DNA of 64,000 bases from Candidatus Bathyarchaeota archaeon (GCA_018396875.1 JAGTQG010000002.1:3638-67637), one strand, 5' to 3'. Shown: positions 36,235-45,656, numbered from the stretch's first letter. Numbers and translations are program-made. Notes: generated by a model from the sequence alone, not told the origin.

Positions 36235-36893
36235 AAGGCACCCTCCTTTAAGAGGGCTAACCCGTTTAAGACCGCTGGCTGAAGCCTGTGGAGTTGAGTT
36301 ATAAACGCTGTTGTTATCGCTGCTTCGGCGAGTCCTATTAAAGTGTGCCAGAAAAGCATGGCTGGAACAGTTACGGCTATTCCGCCAACCTGCGAAAAAA
36401 CCGGAGACACGCCTATCTCCAGACCACATGCCAGCGCTCCGAGAACAACGGAAAGCCAAGATGCAACAAAGACGGCTGTGGTGAAGCGTTTGCCCTGCAC
36501 AGAGTTGCCTGCAATAAACTTCACAAGGAAAAAGCTTAATCCACCTATTATAGCCATGTTAAAGATGTTTGCGCCTAGAGCGGATATGCCGCCATCCGCA
36601 AAGAATAAAGCTTGCATTATTAAGACTATGGTCATGCTTAAAACCGCCGCATACGGCCCCAACACAACAGCGAGAAATGTGCCGCCCACTAGGTGTCCGC
36701 TGGTTCCATAGGTTATTGGAAAGTTGATCATTTGTGCCACAAAAACAAAGGCACTTGAAACCGCCAGTAAGGACGCGAAAGATTTTGGATATGTTGCTTT
36801 AGCTTTTTTCCAACATAAAACAAGGAAAGACGCGGATACGATGCTCATTAAAAGGGAGACTTCAAGGCTTAGGTAGCCGTCTGGTATGTGCAT
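36231..36893 (-). CDS. cbiM: cobalt/nickel ECF-type transporter substrate-capture component CbiM/NikM
   Basis: MHIPDGYLS N-terminus (metal-binding MHIPDG), multiple TM helices, 220 aa. Confidence 0.85.
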   Translation of the reverse strand: MHIPDGYLSLEVSLLMSIVSASFLVLCWKKAKATYPKSFASLLAVSSAFVFVAQMINFPITYGTSGHLVGGTFLAVVLGPYAAVLSMTIVLIMQALFFADGGISALGANIFNMAIIGGLSFFLVKFIAGNSVQGKRFTTAVFVASWLSVVLGALACGLEIGVSPVFSQVGGIAVTVPAMLFWHTLIGLAEAAITTAFITQLHRLQPAVLNGLALLKEGAF

Positions 36894-36965
36894 TTCAAAG
36901 CCTCAGTATTACTTTTCAAAATAAAAGTATTACCTTATAAATCTTCCGCTAGAACCGCAGCATTT

Positions 36966-36986
36966 CTACACGTGGGGAACGTGTAG
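36966..36986. promoter_or_regulatory. inverted repeat CTACACGT-GGGGA-ACGTGTAG between cbiM and glmM
   Basis: Perfect 8-bp arms with a 5-nt spacer, read directly. It lies 51-71 nt upstream of the first glmM ATG (37037) and 73-93 nt upstream of cbiM (36893). Confidence 0.3.
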
Positions 36987-37051
36987 CTTAAAAGGACTGA
37001 ATCGTAATTAACCATCTAGCACAACAGCATCGGGTAATGTTGGGAAACAGC

Positions 37052-38419
37052 ATGAGGTTGTTTGGCAGTTCTGGAGTAAGAGGCTTGGTTGGCGCTGAGT
37101 TAACTCCAACATTGGCGGCTAAAGTGGGGATGGCTGTCGGCACCTTCACGAAAGCTGGACGAGTTCTTGTAGCCAGAGACACTAGAACTTCCAGTTTAAT
37201 GCTTGAAAACGCCCTAGTTTCAGGACTGCAATCATGCGGTGCCAAAGTTTATTGTCTAGGAGTAGCACCAACCCCGGTTTTAGCATATTTAACAAGGGTT
37301 TTAGGCGCCGACGCTGGAGTGATGATTACAGCTTCGCATAACCCGCCAGAATATAACGGAATAAAACTTTTTGACGGAACGGGAATGGCTTACGGTGATG
37401 AACACCAAGAGGAAATAGAACGTTTGGTTATGTATGAAAACTTTCGTTTGGCAGACTGGCAAAACATAGGCGAAATCACACCAGTAAACGAAACCAGCAC
37501 ATACATCAAAATGGTATTGGAAAGCGTTCAGCTCAAAAAAAGATGGCAAGTTGTGGTTGATCCCGGATGCGGGGCGACAAGCCAAATAGCGCCAGTCATC
37601 TTCAAGAGGTTAGGGTGCAAAGTCATAGCCGTGAACGCCCAGCCGGACGGGTTCTTTCCCGGAAGAAGCCCAGAGCCTAGTGCTGAATCCCTCCAAGGTT
37701 TGGCTGAAACTGTGAAGGCCTTAGGTGCTGATGTTGGCGTGGCTTATGATGGTGACGGTGATAGGGTTGCCTTCGTAGACGAGAATGGTATTTTCGTGAA
37801 TTTGGATCGAATTTTGGCGGCTTACGCATCCTACGCCATAAAGAAAAGCCGTGGAAAGGATAGGCTTGTTGTCACAAATGTTGAGGCTTCCATGTGTGTT
37901 GAGCGTACGGTGGAGCCTTTAGGCGGCAGAGTTGTAAGAGTCAAAGTTGGCGATGTTTATGTTGCCGAAGCTGTGAAAAAGTTTGACGCTGTTTTTGGCG
38001 GAGAACCTTGCGGCGCATGGATACACCCACAACATCACTATTGCCCAGATGGAATCCTTTCTTCAACGCTTTTGCTGAAAGCCCTAGAGGACGAGGACAA
38101 AAGGCTTTCAGAGTTCGTCGCCCACGTTCCAGTTTTCCAAGTTTTAAGGAGGAACATCCGCTGCAGAAATGAGATAAAGCATGCCGTCATTGAAAGGGCG
38201 GCAGATCATCTTAAAGCAAGTTTTCCAGACTGTAGGGATCTTTCCACAGTTGATGGTGTCCGCTTAACGTTTGAAGACGGATGGGTTTTGGTTAGGGCGT
38301 CTGGCACCGAGCCTCTTGTGCGTTTAACCGTGGAAGGTGAATCTTTAAAAGTTGCTGAAAAGATAATGGAAAAAGCCGCAAACGTGATAGCGAATGTATT
38401 GGAGGATTTTGAAAGGTGA
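37052..38419 (+). CDS. glmM: phosphoglucosamine mutase / phosphohexomutase
   Basis: MRLFGSSGVRG, ITASHNPPEYNGIK (phospho-Ser loop), AYDGDGDRV, GGEPCG. ATG 37052 is preferred; 37037 is possible. Confidence 0.85.
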   Translation: MRLFGSSGVRGLVGAELTPTLAAKVGMAVGTFTKAGRVLVARDTRTSSLMLENALVSGLQSCGAKVYCLGVAPTPVLAYLTRVLGADAGVMITASHNPPEYNGIKLFDGTGMAYGDEHQEEIERLVMYENFRLADWQNIGEITPVNETSTYIKMVLESVQLKKRWQVVVDPGCGATSQIAPVIFKRLGCKVIAVNAQPDGFFPGRSPEPSAESLQGLAETVKALGADVGVAYDGDGDRVAFVDENGIFVNLDRILAAYASYAIKKSRGKDRLVVTNVEASMCVERTVEPLGGRVVRVKVGDVYVAEAVKKFDAVFGGEPCGAWIHPQHHYCPDGILSSTLLLKALEDEDKRLSEFVAHVPVFQVLRRNIRCRNEIKHAVIERAADHLKASFPDCRDLSTVDGVRLTFEDGWVLVRASGTEPLVRLTVEGESLKVAEKIMEKAANVIANVLEDFER

Positions 38420-39693
38420 AGGCTGTAGTTTTAGCTGCCGGTGAAGGAGTCAGGCTTCAACCGTTAACCTTCACTCGTCCAAAACACATGATCAGCATTG
38501 GTGGAAAACCAGTTCTTGAACATTGCTTAAACGCCATTAAGGCTTGCGGGATAAACCACGTGGCAATTGTTGTCCATTATATGGCTGAGGTCATCCGCCG
38601 CCATTTTGGTTCAGGCGAAAAATTTGGACTTAAAATAGAATATGTGGAGCAGCCCAGTGTTCTCGGAACAGGAAACGCTGCGGGCACCGTCGAACCATTC
38701 GTAGAAGACGATTTTGTGCTCGTTTACGGTGACCTACTTTTCACACCGGAAGCCTTAAAGAGGGTTCTCGATTTACATGGCACGAAAAGACCGGCTGCAA
38801 CTTTGGCTGTTGTTCCCGTGGATAAGCCGGAAGACTACGGTGTTGTGGAGCTTGGAGAGGACGGTTCTGTAAAGCGCATCGTTGAGAAGCCAGCCCACGG
38901 AGAAGCGCCTTCAAACATGGCTAACGCCGGATTATACGTTTTTTCCACGGAAATTTTCGAGAAAATAAGGAAGATCAAAGCATCTTCAAGGGGAGAATGG
39001 GAAGTCACGGACGCCATCGAACTATTGATCGAAGAGGGCAAGCCTGTTTTTGCAGTTAACATCGCCCGCACCGACTGGCTTGACATTGGCAGACCATGGG
39101 ATCTTCTGGAGGCTAACAGTTGGATTCTAAACCGAATGGAACACAAAATATTGGGGCACGTGGAGGTGGGTGCCCACATAACCGGCCCAGTCACGGTGGC
39201 GGAGACAGCCCGCATTCGCTCTGGAGCCTACGTTGAAGGGCCAGCATACATAGGCGAGCACAGCGACATTGGACCTAACTGTTACATAAGGCCTTGCACG
39301 AGCATAGGGCGGAAGGTGCGCATTGGAAACGCATGCGAAATAAAAAACAGCATAATAATGGATGGCGTGCACATTGGCCACTTGTCCTACGTGGGCGACA
39401 GTGTCATAGGCGAAAACTGCAACTTGGGCGCTGGAACCATAACCGCCAATTACCGCTTTGACGCTGGAACCGTCAAAATGATGGTTAGGGACAAGCTTGT
39501 GGACAGCGGCAGAACAAAGCTTGGCGCAATTTTAGGTGACAACGTGAAAACGGGGATAAACGCGCTCTTAATGCCCGGCGTAAAAGTTGGAAACAACTGT
39601 TGGATAGGCCCAAACGTTGTGGTTTATCGGGATGTGCCGCCGAACACGGCTGTTTTTCTGAAACAGGAACAGGAAGAGAAAAGGCTAGGCTAG
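38416..39693 (+). CDS. glmU: bifunctional sugar-1-phosphate nucleotidylyltransferase/acetyltransferase (archaeal GlmU-like)
   Basis: LAAGEGVRLQPLT nucleotidyltransferase motif plus C-terminal hexapeptide-repeat left-handed beta-helix. GTGA overlap with glmM. Confidence 0.85.
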   Translation: MKAVVLAAGEGVRLQPLTFTRPKHMISIGGKPVLEHCLNAIKACGINHVAIVVHYMAEVIRRHFGSGEKFGLKIEYVEQPSVLGTGNAAGTVEPFVEDDFVLVYGDLLFTPEALKRVLDLHGTKRPAATLAVVPVDKPEDYGVVELGEDGSVKRIVEKPAHGEAPSNMANAGLYVFSTEIFEKIRKIKASSRGEWEVTDAIELLIEEGKPVFAVNIARTDWLDIGRPWDLLEANSWILNRMEHKILGHVEVGAHITGPVTVAETARIRSGAYVEGPAYIGEHSDIGPNCYIRPCTSIGRKVRIGNACEIKNSIIMDGVHIGHLSYVGDSVIGENCNLGAGTITANYRFDAGTVKMMVRDKLVDSGRTKLGAILGDNVKTGINALLMPGVKVGNNCWIGPNVVVYRDVPPNTAVFLKQEQEEKRLG

Positions 39694-40745
39694 CCGATCA
39701 TTATCGATGTCCCGCAATATTCGCATTGCACAGACGTTTGTCCTTTGTAGATTTCTTTTGTGTACGGGGCGCCACAGTGGGGACAGCGGATAACCCGTAT
39801 TGTTGGCGCCTCTTTAGGTGTTATGCCTCTTATTGTGGCTATGTCTCTGTCCGCCTCCCCGCCGATGATGTATTGGAAGAATCTGGTTATAACGTCGGCT
39901 TCCCAGTCTTTAACGTCGAAGGGTGTTTCCTCCATTTGGACGCTTGGTTTAAAGCGTATGTAGACGCCTGTCCAAGCGATTAACCCAACCCTTCCCTTGG
40001 AGATTTCTTGTAGGGCGCCTATGGGCTGTTCGATTAGGACTGTGCGTTCCGTTTTCTTTTTGGTGGCTATGAAAAGCTTCTTTTCAAGAACCACTTCCCG
40101 TTTTCCTTCAAAAACAAACCTTTGATTCGTGAAGTACAAGGTGCCTTCACACTTGTCTTTCGTCATGATTTTTCCTTCGATAGCTAGGACCGGGCTTTCC
40201 TCAGGTTTTAGCGGAAACGAAGCGAAGGAGAAAAGCTCCATGGTTTTCTCTGCAATTTTTAGGTCTCTGTCTATGGCGTTTATGCTTCCGAGAAACTCGC
40301 CGAGGGAAGTGCTTACTCTCGCGGTTTCGGCGGCAACCCGCGCCCTTAAAGTTGAGGCTTCCACTGAAAGGCGGCTTGCCAAACCCCAACAGAAAGCCGT
40401 GTTTCCACGGTTTATCTCCGCCCTTAACCTGTTTGCATCCGCTTGGAGTATGCGAATTTGGGCTGTTAGGGGTTGAACATTGTTATAGAACGCTTGTTTA
40501 ATGGTTGGGGAAGCTTCCATCCACTTCTTAGTCAAAATGTCTATGCTCTTTTCAAGATGCCCCATGGCGGCATAACCACGTCCTCGAACCGTTGCAAGTC
40601 TACTTGGCAGAGAAGCCATAGCACTGTCAATGTAGGCTAATTTGCCCTCCACGTCGCTTATGGATGCAGAAGCCCCAGACAAGTCAGATTCAATTGACCG
40701 CAGCCTAGCATAAAGGGCTTCCCGTTCTCTATCAGCATGCGCCAT
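39690..40745 (-). CDS. hypothetical protein: helical N-terminal half, PH/GRAM-like middle domain, C-terminal zinc ribbon
   Basis: 351 aa. The N-terminal ~170 aa are Ala/Ser/Arg-rich helices. The middle has EGTLYFTNQRFVFEGK (GRAM/bacterial-PH-like signature). The C-terminus is CPHCGAP...CEYCGT. Confidence 0.55.
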   Translation of the reverse strand: MAHADREREALYARLRSIESDLSGASASISDVEGKLAYIDSAMASLPSRLATVRGRGYAAMGHLEKSIDILTKKWMEASPTIKQAFYNNVQPLTAQIRILQADANRLRAEINRGNTAFCWGLASRLSVEASTLRARVAAETARVSTSLGEFLGSINAIDRDLKIAEKTMELFSFASFPLKPEESPVLAIEGKIMTKDKCEGTLYFTNQRFVFEGKREVVLEKKLFIATKKKTERTVLIEQPIGALQEISKGRVGLIAWTGVYIRFKPSVQMEETPFDVKDWEADVITRFFQYIIGGEADRDIATIRGITPKEAPTIRVIRCPHCGAPYTKEIYKGQTSVQCEYCGTSIMIG

Positions 40746-40853
40746 TATCTCGCCACAAAGCTAAATCTTCGCTTGACACAACTAAATAACCCTTGTGTAG
40801 TTTAAATCCTAAAATACGGGTATCGCATACTTTAAGGCTAGAGGAGGATAAGC

Positions 40854-41276
40854 TTGTCAGCAGCTCAGAGAAGATACTACACCGAAGTTTCAGCCCTTGT
40901 AGATAAAAGCGTTATAGTGATAACCACAACTGGCAAAACTTATAACGGAACTTTGGTGGGCATAAACCCGGACAACTTGAGCCTTTGCTTGGCTGACGCG
41001 AAAGACGAGGAGGGCAAAAAACTTCACAGAGTGTTTTTGAACGGGGCTGTTGTCGCCCAAATATTAAGCGTGGAGAAACCTTTTGACTTGAAGGCTCTGG
41101 CTGAACGTCTTGAAAGGGTTTTCCCAACAATGGTTAAACTTTACGAAGATAAAGGGTTCATATGGGTTATGGACAAAATTAAAGTAACCGAAAAAGGTGT
41201 TGTGGAAGGCTCGGGACCCGCCGCTGAAAGAGTGCAAAAAGTTTATGAGCAGTTTGTCAGCGAAACCAGAGGCTAG
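40854..41276 (+). CDS. Sm-like (LSm) protein with C-terminal extension domain (SmAP3-like)
   Basis: The Sm1/Sm2-like segment is VIVITTTGKTYNGTLVGINPDNLSLCLADA ... RVFLNGAVVAQI, followed by ~70 extra residues. The TTG start is preceded by GAGGAGGA. Confidence 0.6.
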   Translation: MSAAQRRYYTEVSALVDKSVIVITTTGKTYNGTLVGINPDNLSLCLADAKDEEGKKLHRVFLNGAVVAQILSVEKPFDLKALAERLERVFPTMVKLYEDKGFIWVMDKIKVTEKGVVEGSGPAAERVQKVYEQFVSETRG

Positions 41277-42022
41277 ACAAACCAGCGGAACTCTTCCCTT
41301 TTCTTTTCCTCTTCCTTAACCGTTCTAACCCAGCCGAAAGACTCCAAGATCTTTGCGGTTTTTTCAGCCGCCAAGTCAAGCCTTGACAAGTCAACCTTCA
41401 ACCCCAGATACTTGTTTAGGGCGGAGAGAGCATAACGTGCAGCGTTTGCATCGGGATAAGTGCCCAAAGTCTCAACCAGAAGCGAAAAGCCTCTGAAACC
41501 TCTGAGGGCGCCAAGCCCTATTAGGATGCCGGCCACGCCGAAAATGTTTCCAACCATTATCTTTGCGCCCAGAGCCAACGCCTCCTTCAATGTTTCAACG
41601 TCTGAAGCCGCGCAATAGATTTCCGGAACCTCTTTTACCTCCTCCTGTTTGAAGCCGCCAACTGTTATGAGGAAGCGACACCCCATTTCTTCGGCGATGT
41701 CTAACACGCGTCCGCAAAGTTCATATTGCCCGAAAGTTGTTAGGGCTTGGGTGTTTCCATACCATATGATCAAGTCTCGACCTTCGCCGCTGCCCTTGTA
41801 GTAATACAGTTCATTTATTGGTGAGCGGGGTTCTCCGGTTTCAGTTGTCACCGCCAAGTCTTGAAACGAGTCTGATAAGATTCTCGCGAAACGTTTAGCC
41901 TTTAACTCGTGGATTAAATGTAAGGCTACTATGTTGGCTACAAAGCCTATTCCCGGAAGCCCCTCAATCAACACTGGGTTGTTGAGTTTCGGCTTTTCCT
42001 CTATTTGAATCGTTAACGGCAT
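41273..42022 (-). CDS. PAC2-family proteasome assembly chaperone-like protein
   Basis: NPVLIEGLPGIGFVANIVALHLI ... LITVGGF pattern; 249 aa. Confidence 0.75.
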   Translation of the reverse strand: MPLTIQIEEKPKLNNPVLIEGLPGIGFVANIVALHLIHELKAKRFARILSDSFQDLAVTTETGEPRSPINELYYYKGSGEGRDLIIWYGNTQALTTFGQYELCGRVLDIAEEMGCRFLITVGGFKQEEVKEVPEIYCAASDVETLKEALALGAKIMVGNIFGVAGILIGLGALRGFRGFSLLVETLGTYPDANAARYALSALNKYLGLKVDLSRLDLAAEKTAKILESFGWVRTVKEEEKKREEFRWFV

Positions 42023-42118
42023 GATTTTTCCTCCAGCATAGAAGAAACTGGCGAGATAATTAAGCTTGCAGCTTCACATTTTATAAACTTGTTTAACCGA
42101 TTTTGATTAGACCAAGGG

Positions 42119-43744
42119 ATGAGCTTCGAAGTAAAAGATAAAGATTTGCTGGCGAGGATCGGGAAACTGCAAACAAAAAGCGGTGTAGTGGAAACTCCGC
42201 TTCTTTTTCCAGTCGTAAACCCAACCGTGCAGCCAATTCCACCAAAGAGGATTCGCGAAGAGTTTGGCTTTGAAGCGCTTATAACAAACGCCTACATCTT
42301 GAAAAAACGTTTCAAAAACGAGCCTGTGGAAAAAGGTTTACACAATTTTTTAGGTTTTAACGGCGTTGTAATGACTGATTCGGGAGCCTACCAAATACTG
42401 GTTTATGGGGATATTGAAACAACCCCAGAGGAAATAGTAGCCTACCAAGAACAGATTGGATCGGACATAGCCACCATACTGGATTGGCCGACGGGCTGGA
42501 AGGCTACAAGAAAACATGCGGAACAAACGGTGGAAGAAACGCTGAAGAGGGCACACGCGCTGTTCCAGACAAAAACTAGGGATGACGTTCTATGGGTTGG
42601 GCCTGTTCAAGGAGGGCGCTATCTGGATCTCGTGGCAAAGTCAGCCCGAGAAATGGGTGCCCTTCCCTTTCACATCCACGCGCTTGGCAGCCCAACAGAG
42701 GTTATGGAGAATTACCGGTTTGACGTTTTAGTTGACATGATTTTAACCGCTAAAATGAACTTGCCAATTGAAAGGCCTCTCCACCTTTTTGGGGCTGGAC
42801 ACCCATTCATGTTTGTGTTGGCGGTTGCTTTAGGATGCGACATGTTTGACTCGGCAGCCTACGCCATATACGCCAAGGAAGGCCGTTATATGACGGAGAC
42901 TGGAACGGCAAGGCTTGAAGAGCTTGAATATTTCCCATGCTCATGCCCAAAATGTTCGGGTAAGACTCCAAAGGATGTTGCGGAAATGCCTCCAAGCGAG
43001 AGGCACGTTTTCCTCGCCGAACACAACCTTTACGCTTGCCTTTCAGAGATCAGGCGGATAAAGCAGGCTATAAGGGAGGGACGTCTCTGGGAACATTTGG
43101 AGCTTAGGGCACATGGGCATCCGGCGCTTTTGCAAGCCTTGAAAAAGCTGAAGAAATACGAGGATTTCATTGAAAAACACAGTCCTGCAAGTAAGCCAAG
43201 CGGAGTTTTCTTTTTCAGTCAGGTGGGCTTGTCGCGTCCTGAGGTTGTGCGCCACAGACTTAGGCTTTCTGAACGTTTCACGCCTCCTTTAGAGGCTGAA
43301 ATCCTTATCTTGGCGCCTCAGACGAAGACCAAGCCTTACCACAGGTCTGGGTTTTACAAGAAACTGGCTAAAACTTTCCGTAAAATTCTAAACGCAGAGG
43401 AATTAGCCAAGGTTCATGTTTGCTTTTACGAGGCTCCCTTCGGCATAGTTCCCGTAGAGCTTGACGAAGTTTATCCGCTTTCCCAGCATGAGATTGCTCT
43501 CCCACCAGACGTGGAAACAGTTGAGTATGTTGCCGCCCAAGTGGCGAACTACATAAATCGAACAACCTACAAAACCGTAATTTTTCTTAATGACCGAGAA
43601 ACTTGGGGTGAAAAAGTTTTAGAGGCATGTAAAAAAGCCTGCATGGAGAAAAACGCAATTTTCAAAAGTTTTGATGTTGAAGGAGATTGGACCAAGTCTC
43701 TAGCTGACTTTTTAAAGAACCCCGTGAGAAGTGAAGTGCCTTGA
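42119..43744 (+). CDS. tgtA: tRNA-guanine(15) transglycosylase (archaeosine TGT)
   Basis: FEVKDKDLLARIGKL, VVMTDSGAYQ and CDMFDSAAY (catalytic Asp contexts), zinc site CSCPKC ... EHNLY. Confidence 0.8.
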   Translation: MSFEVKDKDLLARIGKLQTKSGVVETPLLFPVVNPTVQPIPPKRIREEFGFEALITNAYILKKRFKNEPVEKGLHNFLGFNGVVMTDSGAYQILVYGDIETTPEEIVAYQEQIGSDIATILDWPTGWKATRKHAEQTVEETLKRAHALFQTKTRDDVLWVGPVQGGRYLDLVAKSAREMGALPFHIHALGSPTEVMENYRFDVLVDMILTAKMNLPIERPLHLFGAGHPFMFVLAVALGCDMFDSAAYAIYAKEGRYMTETGTARLEELEYFPCSCPKCSGKTPKDVAEMPPSERHVFLAEHNLYACLSEIRRIKQAIREGRLWEHLELRAHGHPALLQALKKLKKYEDFIEKHSPASKPSGVFFFSQVGLSRPEVVRHRLRLSERFTPPLEAEILILAPQTKTKPYHRSGFYKKLAKTFRKILNAEELAKVHVCFYEAPFGIVPVELDEVYPLSQHEIALPPDVETVEYVAAQVANYINRTTYKTVIFLNDRETWGEKVLEACKKACMEKNAIFKSFDVEGDWTKSLADFLKNPVRSEVP

Positions 43745-44346
43745 TAAGGGCAGACCTCCACGTTCACACAAATTTTTCGCCGGACTCTTCCATCCCGCCG
43801 AAAACATTGGTAAACATGCTTCTAGCCCATCCATTCATAAAGGCGGTGGCGGTTACAGACCACAACACGGTTAGAGGCTATTTTAAAGTGCGTGAGTTAG
43901 CTTCCGCCTACCCGGACCTGCTTATCATTCCGGGTGTTGAAGTAAGCACCATAGAGGGCGACGTGATTCTTTTGGGAGTTGCGGAAGTGCCGCCTCAACC
44001 GTGGACTGTGGAAAACGTGATTGATTTTGCCAGAAGCAGGGGAGGTTTGGTGGTCGCAGCCCACCCCTATAGAGCATTTGGCTTAGGTGATTCTGCAAGG
44101 AAATACCCTATAGACGCCATAGAAATTTTGAATGGAGGTTGCCCTCGTCAACTTAACGTGCTGGCTGAAGAGCTTGCCAAAGCGATGAGTGTTCCGGGTA
44201 TAGCGGGAAGCGACGCCCATAGAGTAGATGAACTTTGGACTGTTTATAACGAGATTCAAGCTTCCACCAATTTAGATGACATTTTAAATGCTGTAAAGCG
44301 GGGTTTTGTCAGAGCGTCTTATAGTGAAAAGTCAATACGTTTTTAA
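43741..44346 (+). CDS. PHP (polymerase/histidinol phosphatase) domain protein
   Basis: RADLHVHTNFSPDS, VAVTDHN, AAHPYR, GSDAH. The TTG start overlaps the tgtA stop (TTGA). Confidence 0.8.
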   Translation: MIRADLHVHTNFSPDSSIPPKTLVNMLLAHPFIKAVAVTDHNTVRGYFKVRELASAYPDLLIIPGVEVSTIEGDVILLGVAEVPPQPWTVENVIDFARSRGGLVVAAHPYRAFGLGDSARKYPIDAIEILNGGCPRQLNVLAEELAKAMSVPGIAGSDAHRVDELWTVYNEIQASTNLDDILNAVKRGFVRASYSEKSIRF

Positions 44347-44375
44347 AATAGCAGTGCAAATGTTTACTGCGTTAA

Positions 44376-45656
44376 ATGGTTGAAGTGGAAATGAGTCCTT
44401 TGCAGATAAAGTTTCTGGGCGCAACCCATGAGGTTGGCAGGGCGGCAATCGCCGTTAAAACTTCGAAGACTCAGGTTTTGCTAGACTACGGTGTAATGCT
44501 AAACCATGAGCCAGGCTTTCCGATGCATGTTCCGCCAAAAGAGGTTGACGCCATAATCTTGGGACACAGCCACCTTGATCATTCAGGGGCGATCCCAATA
44601 TTTTTTATCCATGGAAAGAAGCCCGTCTACACAAACAAGCTCACGGCAGAGTTAACCCAACTGTTGATTTCAGACTTCATCCACCTTTCAAGCTATTACC
44701 TTCCATACGAGTATCTGGAACTCCGAGCCATGATGAGAAATGTTAGACATTTGGATTTTGGCGTTAAAGAAACCATAGGCGATTTAACCTTCGAGTTTCG
44801 CAACGCTGGACATATTCCCGGAAGCGTCCAAGTACTCTTGGAAGCGGAAGGCAGGAGACTCCTATACACTGGCGATTTCAACCTAATAGATACGAGGCTT
44901 TTAGAAGGCGCAAAAATGGATTATGGGGACCTGGACGCCGTCATAATTGAGAGTACATACGCCAACGAAGACCACCCGGACCGAATGGAGCTTGAAAAAA
45001 ACTTTGTTGAAGAAGTAACAGAAGTCGTGGAGAGAGGTGGAACCGTTCTCGTGCCAGCCTTCAGCATTGGAAGAGCCCAAGAAATTGCGTGCATTCTCGC
45101 CGCCCACCATTTCGAGCATCCAGTCTACTTCGACGGGATGGCGCGGGAAGCAAGCCGACTTATGATGAACCATCTAAAGTTTCTGAAGGATCCCAAACTA
45201 TTCATGGACGCCATTCATTCAGTCAGTTGGGTGGAGGGTTGGAGGGACCGCAGGAAAGCGACGAAAATGCCATGCGTGATAATATCGCCGGCTGGAATGC
45301 TTAAGGGTGGTCCAGCAGCCTTTTACGTTTCAAAAATTGGTAAAAAACCTCAAAACGCAATTTTCCTAGTAAGCTACCAGATTCCTGGAACGCCGGGACG
45401 GGAGCTTTTAGAGAAGGGAGTCTGCGTTATTGACGGAAAACTTAGAAAGGTTAAGGCAACCGTTAAACACTTCGACTTCTCATCTCACTGTGGCGCAAGA
45501 GAGCTTAAGGAAGCCATCCGCAAGATCAACGGCAAAGCAAAAATCTACGTGATCCATGGTGCAGAAGGAAACTGCGAGCTTCTGGCAAAGTGGGCTGAGA
45601 AAGAAATGGGACTGGAAGCCGTGGCGCCAAAACCAGGAGCCACCTTCGAGGTTTAG
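44376..45656 (+). CDS. MBL-fold beta-CASP ribonuclease (aCPSF2-type, no KH domains)
   Basis: LGHSHLDHSG (HxHxDH), YTGDFN, ESTYA, PAFSIGRAQE, SSHCG, VIHGA. Confidence 0.8.
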   Translation: MVEVEMSPLQIKFLGATHEVGRAAIAVKTSKTQVLLDYGVMLNHEPGFPMHVPPKEVDAIILGHSHLDHSGAIPIFFIHGKKPVYTNKLTAELTQLLISDFIHLSSYYLPYEYLELRAMMRNVRHLDFGVKETIGDLTFEFRNAGHIPGSVQVLLEAEGRRLLYTGDFNLIDTRLLEGAKMDYGDLDAVIIESTYANEDHPDRMELEKNFVEEVTEVVERGGTVLVPAFSIGRAQEIACILAAHHFEHPVYFDGMAREASRLMMNHLKFLKDPKLFMDAIHSVSWVEGWRDRRKATKMPCVIISPAGMLKGGPAAFYVSKIGKKPQNAIFLVSYQIPGTPGRELLEKGVCVIDGKLRKVKATVKHFDFSSHCGARELKEAIRKINGKAKIYVIHGAEGNCELLAKWAEKEMGLEAVAPKPGATFEV

